A stretch of DNA of 64,000 bases from Acidimicrobiia bacterium (GCA_031418775.1 JANOJN010000170.1:34977-98976), one strand, 5' to 3'; shown: positions 39,515 through 49,365, counted from the first letter of the stretch. Program-made: numbers and translations. Notes: generated by a model from the sequence alone, not told the origin.

Positions 39515-39709
39515 ATGCGAATCGTCATTGACGCGGAGAAATGTCAGGGACACAACCGCTGTTACGCGCTTGCCCCCGAGCTCGTCGATGTCGATGATCT
39601 CGGGATGGCCCAGGTCGTCAACGGCGGCATCGTGCCCGCCGGGTCCGAGGACAAGGCCAACCTCCTGGTGGCCAACTGTCCGGAGTACGCGATCTCCGTC
39701 GTCGAGTAA
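39515..39709 (+). CDS. [3Fe-4S]-type ferredoxin with CxxHxxC motif
   Basis: KCQGHNRCYALAPE...ANCPEYAI; AAAGG RBS; adjacent to a P450. Confidence 0.92.
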   Translation: MRIVIDAEKCQGHNRCYALAPELVDVDDLGMAQVVNGGIVPAGSEDKANLLVANCPEYAISVVE

Positions 39710-39769
39710 TTCCGCCCGATTCACCTGTCCCGACCTGGCCCTGACCCGACGAGAACAAGCGAGAACCAG

Positions 39770-40990
39770 ATGACCGACACCCGCGTACGGACCGCTCCCC
39801 CGGTCATCGATTGGGCGACCGACTTCGACCACACCGACCCGGTATGGGTCGACAATCCGTTCCCCATCTGGGACGACCTGCGCAAGCGTTGTCCCGTCGC
39901 CCACAGCGACCGCTTCAACGGTGTGTATCTTCCGACCCGGGCCGAGGACATTCACGCAATCGCCTACGACACCGACCATTTCACGTCACGAGCTGTCGTC
40001 GTGTCGACCAATGTGCCCGAAGCCGTTGCGCCGATCGGTGGTGCCCCGCCCATCACCAGCGATCCGCCGTTCCACCAGCACGCCCGCAAGATTCTACTCC
40101 CCGCGTTCGGCCCGAAGGTGATCGAGGCCCTGCGTCCCCGCGTCGTCGAGCTGTGCCACAAGCTGATCGACGACATGGAAGGACGCGACGTCGTCGACGG
40201 TGCCGCGGATTACGCCCAGAACATTCCGCCCGCGGTGATCGCCCACATGCTGGGGCTCCCCATGGAGGACGGCGACATCTTCCGGACGTTCATCCACAAC
40301 ACGCTCGGCAACGTCGACGCGCCGCCGGAGGAACGACACGCCGCCTTCCAGAAGCTCGACCACTACCTCGACGGACATCTGCACGATCACCTCGAGAACC
40401 CGCGCGACGACCTCATCACGTTCCTGCAGAATGCCGAGATCTTCGGCAACAAGCTCTCGTTCGAACACGTGCGTGGCACGATCGCGTTGCTGATGATCGC
40501 CGGCATCGACACCACGTGGTCGGCCATCGGGGCATCGCTGTTCCACCTGGCCTCGACGGACTCCGACCGGTCCCGGCTGCGCAACGAGCCCCAACTCCTG
40601 CCGACTGCGGTGGAGGAGTTCCTCCGGGCCTACGCGCCGGTCACCATGGCCCGCGTCGTCAAGGAAGATGTGGAGATCAGCGGGACAGTGCTGAAGGAAG
40701 GCGAATGGTGCCTGCTGCCCTTCCCGGCGGCGAACCGTGACCCGGAGGCCTTCGTCGACGCCGATCAGTTCGTGATCGACCGCGCCGAGAACCGCCATGC
40801 TGCGTTCGGGCTCGGCATCCACCGGTGCCTCGGATCGAACCTCGCCCGCCTCGAGCTGTCGGTCGGGGTGCAGGTGTGGATGGAGCGTTTCCCCGACTTC
40901 ATCCTCGAGGATCCGTCTGCGGTGACGTGGGCACCCGGCCAGGTACGCGGTCCGCGCATCCTGCCGATCCGCGTCCTCGAACGCGCCTGA
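39770..40990 (+). CDS. Cytochrome P450 (CYP194-like)
   Basis: DPPFH, IAGIDTT I-helix, EEFLR (ExxR), FGLGIHRCLG heme Cys; DWATDFDHTDP N-terminus. Confidence 0.95.
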   Translation: MTDTRVRTAPPVIDWATDFDHTDPVWVDNPFPIWDDLRKRCPVAHSDRFNGVYLPTRAEDIHAIAYDTDHFTSRAVVVSTNVPEAVAPIGGAPPITSDPPFHQHARKILLPAFGPKVIEALRPRVVELCHKLIDDMEGRDVVDGAADYAQNIPPAVIAHMLGLPMEDGDIFRTFIHNTLGNVDAPPEERHAAFQKLDHYLDGHLHDHLENPRDDLITFLQNAEIFGNKLSFEHVRGTIALLMIAGIDTTWSAIGASLFHLASTDSDRSRLRNEPQLLPTAVEEFLRAYAPVTMARVVKEDVEISGTVLKEGEWCLLPFPAANRDPEAFVDADQFVIDRAENRHAAFGLGIHRCLGSNLARLELSVGVQVWMERFPDFILEDPSAVTWAPGQVRGPRILPIRVLERA

Positions 40991-41071
40991 TCCCCGCCAG
41001 GCGAGCCCGCTCTCGCAACCGCGATATCTGGCTCTAGGGTTTTGGGCCCTAGCGAAGGGGTGCGCGTTTCC

Positions 41072-41749
41072 GTGGCCGGTCAAGAAAAGTGGCAACGTCA
41101 GTTCATGCGGTTCGGCGCGATCGTCGACCGGCTGAGTCGACCGTTCATGAGCGTCGAACTGGACCACCGTGACAGCGTTCCGCCCGAACCGATGCTGATG
41201 GCGGCGAATCATCGGAGCTTGGCCGACGTGTTCGTGGCGTTGATCGCCTGCTACCGCCTCAATCGGCCGACGCGCTTCATCGTCGCCCGGGTGTTCTTCA
41301 AACGTCCGGTGTTCGGCACCGTGTTGCGCTCGATCGGCTGCATCGAAGGGGGACGAAAGAGCGGCGCGAGCGCAGTGGCGATTGCTGCCATCGCCGGCGG
41401 ACACTCGTGTGCAATCATGCCGGAGGGCGAGATCAAGGCCATGGAGCCCGGCCACATCCTCGGGCCACTGCTGCCGGGCGTCGCCGAGATCTGGGAGCAG
41501 TCGCAGTGCCCGTTCGTCGCCGTCGGCGTCACCGGCGCCGGCGACGTGTGGAAGAAGGACCGCTGGCTTCCGCGTATTGCGCTTCGTCGGCGGAACCGTC
41601 CGCTCGTGCATGTCCGCGTTGCCGACCCGGTGTTCCCAGGTGGCCAGCCGTGCTCGCTCGAACGGGTGGAGCGGATCATGGAGGCAAACTGCGTCCAGAG
41701 CTTCCACGATCATCGGGAAGGGGCCGCCGAGCTTCGCGCCGGGAGATGA
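41072..41749 (+). CDS. Lysophospholipid/PlsC family acyltransferase
   Basis: ANHRSLAD (HxxxxD), RFIVARVFF, IMPEG motifs; start uncertain (ORF track 41042). Confidence 0.82.
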   Translation: MAGQEKWQRQFMRFGAIVDRLSRPFMSVELDHRDSVPPEPMLMAANHRSLADVFVALIACYRLNRPTRFIVARVFFKRPVFGTVLRSIGCIEGGRKSGASAVAIAAIAGGHSCAIMPEGEIKAMEPGHILGPLLPGVAEIWEQSQCPFVAVGVTGAGDVWKKDRWLPRIALRRRNRPLVHVRVADPVFPGGQPCSLERVERIMEANCVQSFHDHREGAAELRAGR

Positions 41750-41926
41750 CCGGCCGTCGCCCGGAATTGCAGTCCGAAAAAAATCCGGGAAGGACTTCCG
41801 AACCACACGGAGCTTGATGATCTCCCATGGGCGAAGCGCCAGTCGCGCGGTTTCCCGGATGTGTAACGATGAGCTCACAGCTCGCTGATGAGCATGCTGC
41901 GAAGTGAGTATCTGGAGGCAGGGTCG

Positions 41927-43288
41927 ATGGGAACCAACAGGGTGCCGGCGACGGCGCGCATCTGCATCGTGGGCGCTGGCCCGGCCGGGCTGGCAACCGC
42001 TCATCGCCTGCACCAGGAGGGGTTCGTCAACGTCACCGTCCTCGAGAAGCTCCCCCGCGTGGGCGGCCTGTGCCTGACCTACGAGTTCGAGGGCAAGGCA
42101 TTCGACCTCGGTGCCAACTACGTGACCGCGTCGTACACGCGGATCCGCAAGATGGCCAAGAAGGTACGCGCCGAGATGTACGTCGAGGCCGACGCGAGCT
42201 TCTGGAACTCGAAGGACCAGACGTTCCAGTCGATCCTGACGACCGCCAAGGGCAGCAACTCCGCGTTCGGTTTCGGATGGGCGTGCCTTCGATACCTCTG
42301 GATCCGTTGGCGCCTCGGCAAGGAGCTCCCCGCAAGCGGCTTCGCCCGCACGCACGAACGACCCGACCTTCTGGTGTCGTTCGACGAGTGGCTCGACCAC
42401 CATCGACTGGGTGCGCTGAAGACGCTGTTCGAGATTCCGATCACGCTCATGGGCTACGGCACCTTGCGGGAGATCGGAGCCCCGTACGCCCTCACCTACA
42501 TGCGGGTGGGCACGGTGATCGACCTGATGATCTATGGCTCGATGCCGTTCCACCGGTGGCCACGCCGGTTCGTGAACGGCTTCCAACGGTTCTGGTCGCG
42601 GGTCGCCGAACCCTTGGACGTACGCACGGGCGTCACCATCGAACGGATCGACCGCTCCCCCGACAGTGTGACCGTGCGGGCCAGCTTCCCGGTGGAGGTG
42701 GACGGCAACGTGCTCTACCGCGACGAGGACCTCGAGTACGACTACCTCGTCCTGTGCTGCCCATTGCAGCCCGAGGTCACCTCTGCGTTCCTCACGCTCA
42801 CCGACGACGAGACTCGCCTGTTCCAGAAGATCAGGCTCTTCCCGTTCTTCATCACGACGTGGCGCATGGAACAGCACAAGAAGATCCACACTCGGTTGGT
42901 CAACACCGTCCCGATTCCCGAGCGATCAACCGGCGCACCCACGATCATCACCCAGCAGTTCGAGGACAACCCGTTGGTCACCTTCTACTCGCCGGTAACC
43001 GACCCGGACCGCAGGTTCGATCCGCAGATCAAGCAGGGCATCGACGCATTGGCATCGGCGGTCGGCATCGAGCTGCCCGCCGAGCCCGAGACGTGGAACA
43101 ACTTCCCCTACTTTCCGCACGTCACCGTGCAGGACATCGCTGACGGCTGGTACCGCGACCTGGAAGCCATGCAGGGCGCCAACCGCACGTTCTACAACGG
43201 CGGCGTGATGGCATTCGAGTTGATCGAACCGATCGTCGAGTACTCCGACGAGCTCGTCCGCGTTCACTTCCTCGGCGGCCGGCCATGA
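41927..43288 (+). CDS. FAD-dependent oxidoreductase resembling polyenoic fatty acid isomerase (PAI), copy A
   Basis: IVGAGPAG, LEK..RVGGLC, FDLGA, PITLMGYGTL.EI.APYAL.Y, YFPHV..GWY..LEAMQG..RTFY.G..MAF; GGAGG RBS before ATG 41927. Confidence 0.8.
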   Translation: MGTNRVPATARICIVGAGPAGLATAHRLHQEGFVNVTVLEKLPRVGGLCLTYEFEGKAFDLGANYVTASYTRIRKMAKKVRAEMYVEADASFWNSKDQTFQSILTTAKGSNSAFGFGWACLRYLWIRWRLGKELPASGFARTHERPDLLVSFDEWLDHHRLGALKTLFEIPITLMGYGTLREIGAPYALTYMRVGTVIDLMIYGSMPFHRWPRRFVNGFQRFWSRVAEPLDVRTGVTIERIDRSPDSVTVRASFPVEVDGNVLYRDEDLEYDYLVLCCPLQPEVTSAFLTLTDDETRLFQKIRLFPFFITTWRMEQHKKIHTRLVNTVPIPERSTGAPTIITQQFEDNPLVTFYSPVTDPDRRFDPQIKQGIDALASAVGIELPAEPETWNNFPYFPHVTVQDIADGWYRDLEAMQGANRTFYNGGVMAFELIEPIVEYSDELVRVHFLGGRP

Positions 43289-44751
43289 CCGACGACACCA
43301 CCCGCGCCGGCTTGCACGCCGGCTTCGCCGACCTCTTCGAGGAGTCCGATACCGAACTCGAGGTGCAGGGCACGATCCCCACGTGGGTCTGCGGCGCGTT
43401 GGTCCGCAACGGCCCGGCCCAGTGGAACATGCCCGAGTCCGGGCGGCTCAACCACTGGCTCGACGGGCTCGCCATGCTGCACCGCTTCGCCATCAGCGAC
43501 GGCAAGGTGCACTACCGCAACCGGTGGTTGCAGAGCCGGAACCGCGTGTCGGTCGATGCCACCGGCCGAAACACCTACGCCCAGTTCGACACCGACCCGA
43601 AGCGTTCGTTGTGGCAGAAGATCGCGACCACGGTCGACTTCCCACTCCAGTTCGGGAACAACGACTTGATCACCGTCGCCAGCTTCGACAATGAGTGGGT
43701 AGCGGTCGGCGAGACACCGACCCAACTGTCGATCGACATCGACACACTGGCGACCAAGGGTCCGTTCGAGTTCAAGGATCGGATGTTCACCATCTGGACG
43801 TGCAGCCACATGCTCGCCGACCCGGCATCGAAGCGGGTGTACAGCTTCAGCACCATGGGCGTGCCGTTCTTCGGCCGCTACCACCTGTGGTACGTACAGG
43901 GAGACTCGCACCGGCGCACCCGGTTCGCCACGGTGAAGGACCGTCGGCCGTCGTGGATGCACGCCTTCGGGCTCAGCGAGCACTACGCGGTGCTCACCGC
44001 TTTTCCGTTCCGGTGCCGCACGTGGCAGCTGTTCTTCAACGCGCTCATCGGCAAGCCGTTCATCCAGACGTTCAAGTGGCACGACGAGGAACCGACGAAG
44101 GGCTACGTCATCGAACGCAGCAGCGGCCGAGTGGTCCGCCAGTTCGAACTGCCGCCACTGTTCGCCTTCCACTTCGCGAACACGTGGGAGGAGAATGGTG
44201 AGGTCGTGTTCGACATCGCCGCGTATGCCGACGCCTCGGTGATCGAAGCAGGCCGGCTGCACAACGTGTTCGGCCCTGACGGTGGCCACTTCCCGGACTC
44301 CACCCTCCAACGGTTCCGCGTGCCGCTGGCCGGCGGCGCGGTCGGGCGAACGGTGCTCTCCGATGCCCCGATCGAGATGCCGCGCATCAACGACGGCAAG
44401 AGCATGCGCTCGTATCGCTACGCCTACGGCTTCAGCTACGACGCGCCAGGCCACTTCTACAACCAACTGGTGAAGATCGACACGCAGCGAACGACCGCGA
44501 ACGACACGCGATGGGGTCCACCCGGTTCGTTCCCCAGCGAGCCGACGTTCATCCCGCGGCCAGGCGCCACGGCCGAGGACGACGGCGTGTTGCTCAGTGT
44601 GGTGCTCGACGTCAGCGGCGACGAGCCGACGTCGTGGCTAGTGGTGCTCGATGCCACGACGTTCACCGAACTCGGCAGAGCCCGCGTTCCACACCACATC
44701 CCATTCGGTTTGCACGGCACGTTCGTGTCCGCGGAAAGAGGCACCCTGTGA
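43285..44751 (+). CDS. Carotenoid cleavage oxygenase family protein (RPE65/BCO-like)
   Basis: GALVRNGP, HWLDGLAMLHRF, four Fe-ligand His (CSH, WMH, AFH, GLHG), EMPRIN, PSEPTFIPRPGATAEDDG; ATGA overlap. Confidence 0.93.
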   Translation: MTDDTTRAGLHAGFADLFEESDTELEVQGTIPTWVCGALVRNGPAQWNMPESGRLNHWLDGLAMLHRFAISDGKVHYRNRWLQSRNRVSVDATGRNTYAQFDTDPKRSLWQKIATTVDFPLQFGNNDLITVASFDNEWVAVGETPTQLSIDIDTLATKGPFEFKDRMFTIWTCSHMLADPASKRVYSFSTMGVPFFGRYHLWYVQGDSHRRTRFATVKDRRPSWMHAFGLSEHYAVLTAFPFRCRTWQLFFNALIGKPFIQTFKWHDEEPTKGYVIERSSGRVVRQFELPPLFAFHFANTWEENGEVVFDIAAYADASVIEAGRLHNVFGPDGGHFPDSTLQRFRVPLAGGAVGRTVLSDAPIEMPRINDGKSMRSYRYAYGFSYDAPGHFYNQLVKIDTQRTTANDTRWGPPGSFPSEPTFIPRPGATAEDDGVLLSVVLDVSGDEPTSWLVVLDATTFTELGRARVPHHIPFGLHGTFVSAERGTL

Positions 44752-46118
44752 GCACACCCACCGTCTGCGTCGTCGGTGCCGGCCCCGCCGGCCTCGCCAT
44801 GGCGAGGCTGCTCACCAAGGCGGGATACGACGTCACGGTGCTGGAACAACTCGATCGCGCAGGCGGCATGTGCCACTCCGTCGAGTTCCGTGGCGAATGG
44901 TTCGACATCGGCGCGAACTACGTCACCAAGGACTACCGCGAAGTCCGCGCGCTGGCGAAGGAGTTCGGCCTCTCGTTCGTCAGCGACAAGGCGTTCCAGA
45001 ACCAGACCTCGCTCGACACCGCCACCGGCACGACGCAGTCGGTCCAGAAGACCATCCAGGCCGGGCATGGCATGCTCGCATTCCTCGCCGCCTCGGTGCG
45101 CTACTTCGGGGCGCAGTGGGAGTACCGCAAGCTGGTCGCCGCGCCCGGTTACGTCGGCGTCGCCGCCCACAAGGAGTTGATGACCGAGTTCGGGCCCTGG
45201 CTGCGCGCCAACCGCATGGCGCCACTCCAGAAGCTGTTCATGATCCCGATCACGGCGATGGGCTTCGGCACCTTGGACGAAATCCCCGCGCCGCATGCGC
45301 TGCGCTACCTCAACGCTCGCCGGTTCCTCTCCATGCTGATGACGGGAATGAAGATCCCGCAACGCTGGCCGAAGCGGTTCGCCAAGGGGTTCGGCAGCGC
45401 GTGGAGCACCGTGGCCGCCCGGTACGCGGTGGAGTACGAGACCGTGCCGACACGAGTGGTGCGCACGGCCGACGGTGTCAGTGTCCACACCGCTCAAATG
45501 GGGGTCGACCAGGCGCCGCGCGTGTTCGACCATCTCGTGGTGTCGTGCCCGCCCAGCACCGCGATGTCGTTCCTCGACGCCACGGAGACCGAGCAGCAGC
45601 TGTTCGGCGGCGACACCATCCGTTTCAACCGCTACTCGGTCACCACCGCACGAGTGACCGAGTTCCCGTGGTGGGTTGTCAACACCATGCGCGCCACACC
45701 CGGTGACAACGGCGCGTTTCCCCCACCCAACGGCAGCCCCTACATCTTCGGCAAGCAGTGGAAGGACAGCGAGCTCAACCTCTACTACGCACCGCTCGCC
45801 CCGATGCTGGGTGACCCCGAACGCGAGGCGCAGATCCGCACGGTGTCGGAGCAGTCGCTGCCGGCGGGCAGCCCATCCGTCTTCCACGAGTTCGTCCACT
45901 ACGCGAACTGGCCGCAGTACTTCCCTCGCGTCAGCGTCGACGACATGACGGGCTTTCACGGCACCATCGGCTGGTACGACCAGGTCGAGGCGATCCAGGG
46001 CCAGAACCACACCTACTGGTGCCACGGTGTCCTCAGCTTCGAGCTGGTGGAACTGGTCATGCGCTACGCCCGCCATCTCACCGAGCAGCACTTCCCCCAG
46101 CACGGGGGGCAGCCTTGA
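44748..46118 (+). CDS. FAD-dependent oxidoreductase resembling PAI, copy B
   Basis: VVGAGPAG, RAGGMCHS, FDIGANYV, PITAMGFGTLDEIPAPHALRYL, YFPRV..GWYDQVEAIQG; GTGA overlap with the oxygenase stop. Confidence 0.8.
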   Translation: MSTPTVCVVGAGPAGLAMARLLTKAGYDVTVLEQLDRAGGMCHSVEFRGEWFDIGANYVTKDYREVRALAKEFGLSFVSDKAFQNQTSLDTATGTTQSVQKTIQAGHGMLAFLAASVRYFGAQWEYRKLVAAPGYVGVAAHKELMTEFGPWLRANRMAPLQKLFMIPITAMGFGTLDEIPAPHALRYLNARRFLSMLMTGMKIPQRWPKRFAKGFGSAWSTVAARYAVEYETVPTRVVRTADGVSVHTAQMGVDQAPRVFDHLVVSCPPSTAMSFLDATETEQQLFGGDTIRFNRYSVTTARVTEFPWWVVNTMRATPGDNGAFPPPNGSPYIFGKQWKDSELNLYYAPLAPMLGDPEREAQIRTVSEQSLPAGSPSVFHEFVHYANWPQYFPRVSVDDMTGFHGTIGWYDQVEAIQGQNHTYWCHGVLSFELVELVMRYARHLTEQHFPQHGGQP

Positions 46119-49100
46119 ACTGCAGCGCCTGCCACGCGCCCGTCGACACGAACGACGCGTTCTGCCGCTCCTGCGGCGCGCGGGTGACGAGCGAACCCAC
46201 CGCACCGGTTGCTCCCGTCCCAGGTGCCGAACGCCGCCAGTTGACTGCCATGTTCTATGACCTGGTGGGCTCGACGGCGATGTCCATGACCGCCGACCCG
46301 GAGGATCTGCAGATCGCGATGCAGGCGTACCAGCATCGCTGCCTCGAAGTGGTCCGCAACTTCGGCGGCACGCCCACCACCACGATGGGTGATGGCGGGC
46401 TCGTCTACTTCGGCTACCCCATCGCCAACGAGGACGACCCGCTGCGCGCCGTCTCAGCCGGGCTGGCGCTCCTCGAAGAGCTTCCGGAACTGAACCGGCA
46501 CATCCACGAGATCCTGCCGCACTTCGGACACGACCTGCAGATGCGAATCGGGGTGCACACCGGCGCCGTGGTCCTCGGGGCTGTCGGATCCGACCTCAAC
46601 GATGGCCGCCTCGCGGTCGGCCAGGCGCTGAACCAGGCCGCACGCATCGAGTCGGCGGCGCCGGTGAACGGCCTCGCCGTCAGTGACGTGACGGCTCGCC
46701 GCGTGCAGGGCGTGGTCGATCTGCGCTCGCTGGGGCAGCGCGAGCTGAAGGGCCTCGACCACCCGGTCGAGGTGTTCGAGGTGCGGGGACTCCGTCCCGG
46801 GCAGGGTCGCTTCACCGTCGGGACCCATCCACTCAGCCCACTGGTCGGCCGCGACACCCTGCTCGCCGAGCTCGCGCAGCACTGGCACGCTGCTGCGGCC
46901 GGTGACGGACGAACGGTGGTGTTGCGCGGCGAGGCCGGTATCGGGAAGAGCCGCGCCGCCTACTCGCTGCGCCAGCAGCTGAACGACACCCGACATGCGT
47001 GGTTCGCCATTCATGGTTCGGCCGTGATGAGCCACACGGCGTTTCATCCGGTCGTCGACGCGATCTACGCCATCCTGAACATCAGTCCCGGGCCCGAGGC
47101 ACTCCCGGTCCTGACCGCTTCGCTGGCCGCGGTCGGCATCACCGACGCAGCAACGATCGAGTTGTTGAGCGTGTTCCTCGAACTGACGACGCCTGCCGAT
47201 ACATCGATGAGCGCCGACGAACGGCGCCGCCGCACTCTCGACGCGATCTGTACGTGGTGGATCGCCATTGCGGACACCATCCCCACCGTGATGGTGGCGG
47301 AAGACCTTCACTGGTACGACCCGTCGACGATGGAGCTACTCGATCTGGTCACCAGTCGGGCTCAGGGCCATCCACTGCTGCTGATCGGCACCACCCGCCC
47401 CTCGGAGCAAGCCTGGCCCGACAGCGTCCGCATCATCGACCTCGAACCACTGACGCTCATCGAGGTGAGCCAGCTGATCGAGCAACTCGCCGCCGGCACG
47501 GAACTCACCGAATTGCAGCGTGCGCAGATCGCACTGCGCAGCGACGGTGTTCCGCTGTTCGCAGAAGAGCTGATGCACGGCATCGCCGACGGCAAGATCA
47601 CAGGTGCCGAGATCCCCGACACGCTCGTCGACCTGCTGACTGCACGGCTCGACCGTCTCGGGACGGCGAAGGAGGTCGTGCAGGTCGCGTCACTGCTCGG
47701 CCGCCAGTTCTCGGCCGAGTTGCTCGCTGCGGTGCTCCCCGACGTGCCGCACCTCGACGACGTGCTCGGCGAACTGATCGACGGCCGATTCGTGGCCCGC
47801 CGCGGTGTCGGCGACCGATCCATCTACCTGTTCCGGCATGCGTTGCTACAGGACGCCGCGCAGGAGTCCATGCTGCGCCGACGCCGTCAGGCCGAGCACG
47901 TCCGAATCGCCCAGGTGTTGCAGCGCGACTTCGCCGACGCGCCGGAAGGTCGCCACGAAGTCGTCGGTCACCACCTCGAGCAGGCGGGTGAGGCGCGCGC
48001 TGCCGTCGAGCAGTACCTCGAAGCCGCACGTTCGGCCCGCCGGCGCGCTGCCATCACGGAGGCCACCGCCCGTTACCAGCACTCCATCGCACTCGTCCAG
48101 GCCCTGCCCGAGACCACCGATCGACACCGTCTCGAGCTGGTCCTGCAGCTGGAGCTGGCCGCAGTGCTGGGTCTCGAGCTGGGCTTCATGCCCGCACCGG
48201 TGGGCAACGCGTACATCCGTACCGTCGAGTTGTGCGAGCGTTCGGGCGAGACCGGCGACCGCTACGTCGAAGCCCAGCATGGCCTGGCGCAGCATCATCT
48301 CAGCGCCGGTCGCTTCGACAAGGCGGCCGAGGTGGCCACCGTCTTGTTGAACCACGCCATAGAACACGGCGACGAGCGCGCCGAGCTGCTGGCACATCGA
48401 GCGCTCTGCCAGATACGGTTCTGGACTGGCCGCTACACAGAGGTGCTGGCGCACGCAGAACGGGTCCTTGTCCTCTACCGGCCCGACGACCCAGCGGACG
48501 TTCGTTACTCGATGGGCATTGAGAGCGCCGTGGTCGCGATGACCTTCGGCGCTGTAGGTCATTGGGCGCTGGGCCGGCCGCACACCGCAGTCGAGTGGGC
48601 CGAACGCTGCATCGCCCGTGCAATGGCCGAGCCCGACGTGTACCAACAGGCATATGCGCAGGCCTACTTCAGCATGCTCGGCATCATGCTCAACGACCCC
48701 GAGCGCGTCGAGCAGTGGGCGCTCGGGGCGAAGGCGATCGCCGAGCGGCACGGCTTCCGGCCCCTCGAAGGGCTGTCGCGCTACACGCTCGGTTGGGCGA
48801 TGGCCGAGCGTGGCCATCCACAGGCATTCGAGATGGTGAAGACCGGCATCGGCATCCTCGCCGGAGCCGGAGCCATTGGCGCACCGGGCTGCATGGCCGT
48901 CGTGGCAGAGATGTACGCGAAGAAGGGCGAGCACGTCGAGGCCACCGGGTACGTCGCATTCGGCGAGTCGATGGCGGAGCCGACCGGACAGCACTTCTAC
49001 ACGGTCGAGCTCCATCGCTCGGCAGCGCTCGTCCACCTCGGCCTCGCCGAAGCGACAACTGATCCCGAGGCGACGGCGGCTGAGCTGGCAGCGGCGGAGC

Positions 49101-49345
49101 AGCGCGCGAAGCAGGCGATCGAACTGGCGAGACAACAGGCATCGCCGAGTCTGGAGCTGAGGGCCATCCAGCCGATGATCGAACTGCTTTTCCGGCGCGG
49201 CGAGCCCGATGCGGCTCGAGGGCTGCTGCAGGAAGTGGTCGACAAGTTCCCGGCCGACAGCTCTGGCATCGACCTCGACCGAGCACGGGAAGCGCTGCAG
49301 GGGGCTGCCGAGCTGCGTCCGCAGCTGCGGTACACGATGGCCTGA
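46115..49345 (+). CDS. Zinc ribbon-class III nucleotide cyclase-STAND (AAA) ATPase-TPR protein
   Basis: CxxC..CxxC, ERRQLTAMFYDLVGST, MGDG, RIGVHTG, NQAARIE, GEAGIGKS, EDLHW, GVPLFAEE, FRHALLQD, helical C-terminal repeats; TTGA overlap. Confidence 0.92.
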   Translation: MNCSACHAPVDTNDAFCRSCGARVTSEPTAPVAPVPGAERRQLTAMFYDLVGSTAMSMTADPEDLQIAMQAYQHRCLEVVRNFGGTPTTTMGDGGLVYFGYPIANEDDPLRAVSAGLALLEELPELNRHIHEILPHFGHDLQMRIGVHTGAVVLGAVGSDLNDGRLAVGQALNQAARIESAAPVNGLAVSDVTARRVQGVVDLRSLGQRELKGLDHPVEVFEVRGLRPGQGRFTVGTHPLSPLVGRDTLLAELAQHWHAAAAGDGRTVVLRGEAGIGKSRAAYSLRQQLNDTRHAWFAIHGSAVMSHTAFHPVVDAIYAILNISPGPEALPVLTASLAAVGITDAATIELLSVFLELTTPADTSMSADERRRRTLDAICTWWIAIADTIPTVMVAEDLHWYDPSTMELLDLVTSRAQGHPLLLIGTTRPSEQAWPDSVRIIDLEPLTLIEVSQLIEQLAAGTELTELQRAQIALRSDGVPLFAEELMHGIADGKITGAEIPDTLVDLLTARLDRLGTAKEVVQVASLLGRQFSAELLAAVLPDVPHLDDVLGELIDGRFVARRGVGDRSIYLFRHALLQDAAQESMLRRRRQAEHVRIAQVLQRDFADAPEGRHEVVGHHLEQAGEARAAVEQYLEAARSARRRAAITEATARYQHSIALVQALPETTDRHRLELVLQLELAAVLGLELGFMPAPVGNAYIRTVELCERSGETGDRYVEAQHGLAQHHLSAGRFDKAAEVATVLLNHAIEHGDERAELLAHRALCQIRFWTGRYTEVLAHAERVLVLYRPDDPADVRYSMGIESAVVAMTFGAVGHWALGRPHTAVEWAERCIARAMAEPDVYQQAYAQAYFSMLGIMLNDPERVEQWALGAKAIAERHGFRPLEGLSRYTLGWAMAERGHPQAFEMVKTGIGILAGAGAIGAPGCMAVVAEMYAKKGEHVEATGYVAFGESMAEPTGQHFYTVELHRSAALVHLGLAEATTDPEATAAELAAAEQRAKQAIELARQQASPSLELRAIQPMIELLFRRGEPDAARGLLQEVVDKFPADSSGIDLDRAREALQGAAELRPQLRYTMA

Positions 49346-49365
49346 GCAGTTGTTGCGCAGTCCGG

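Noticed and set aside
41862-41879. TGTAA-N8-TCACA upstream of the isomerase operon as a CRP site
   Set aside because: Spacer is 8 rather than 6 nt and one half-site is imperfect; too weak to call
41927-46118. Carotenoid or retinal biosynthesis (crtI/blh) reading of the operon
   Set aside because: The flavoproteins lack CrtI-specific C-terminal motifs, and no crtB/crtE/crtY or opsin gene is in the window; not excluded genome-wide
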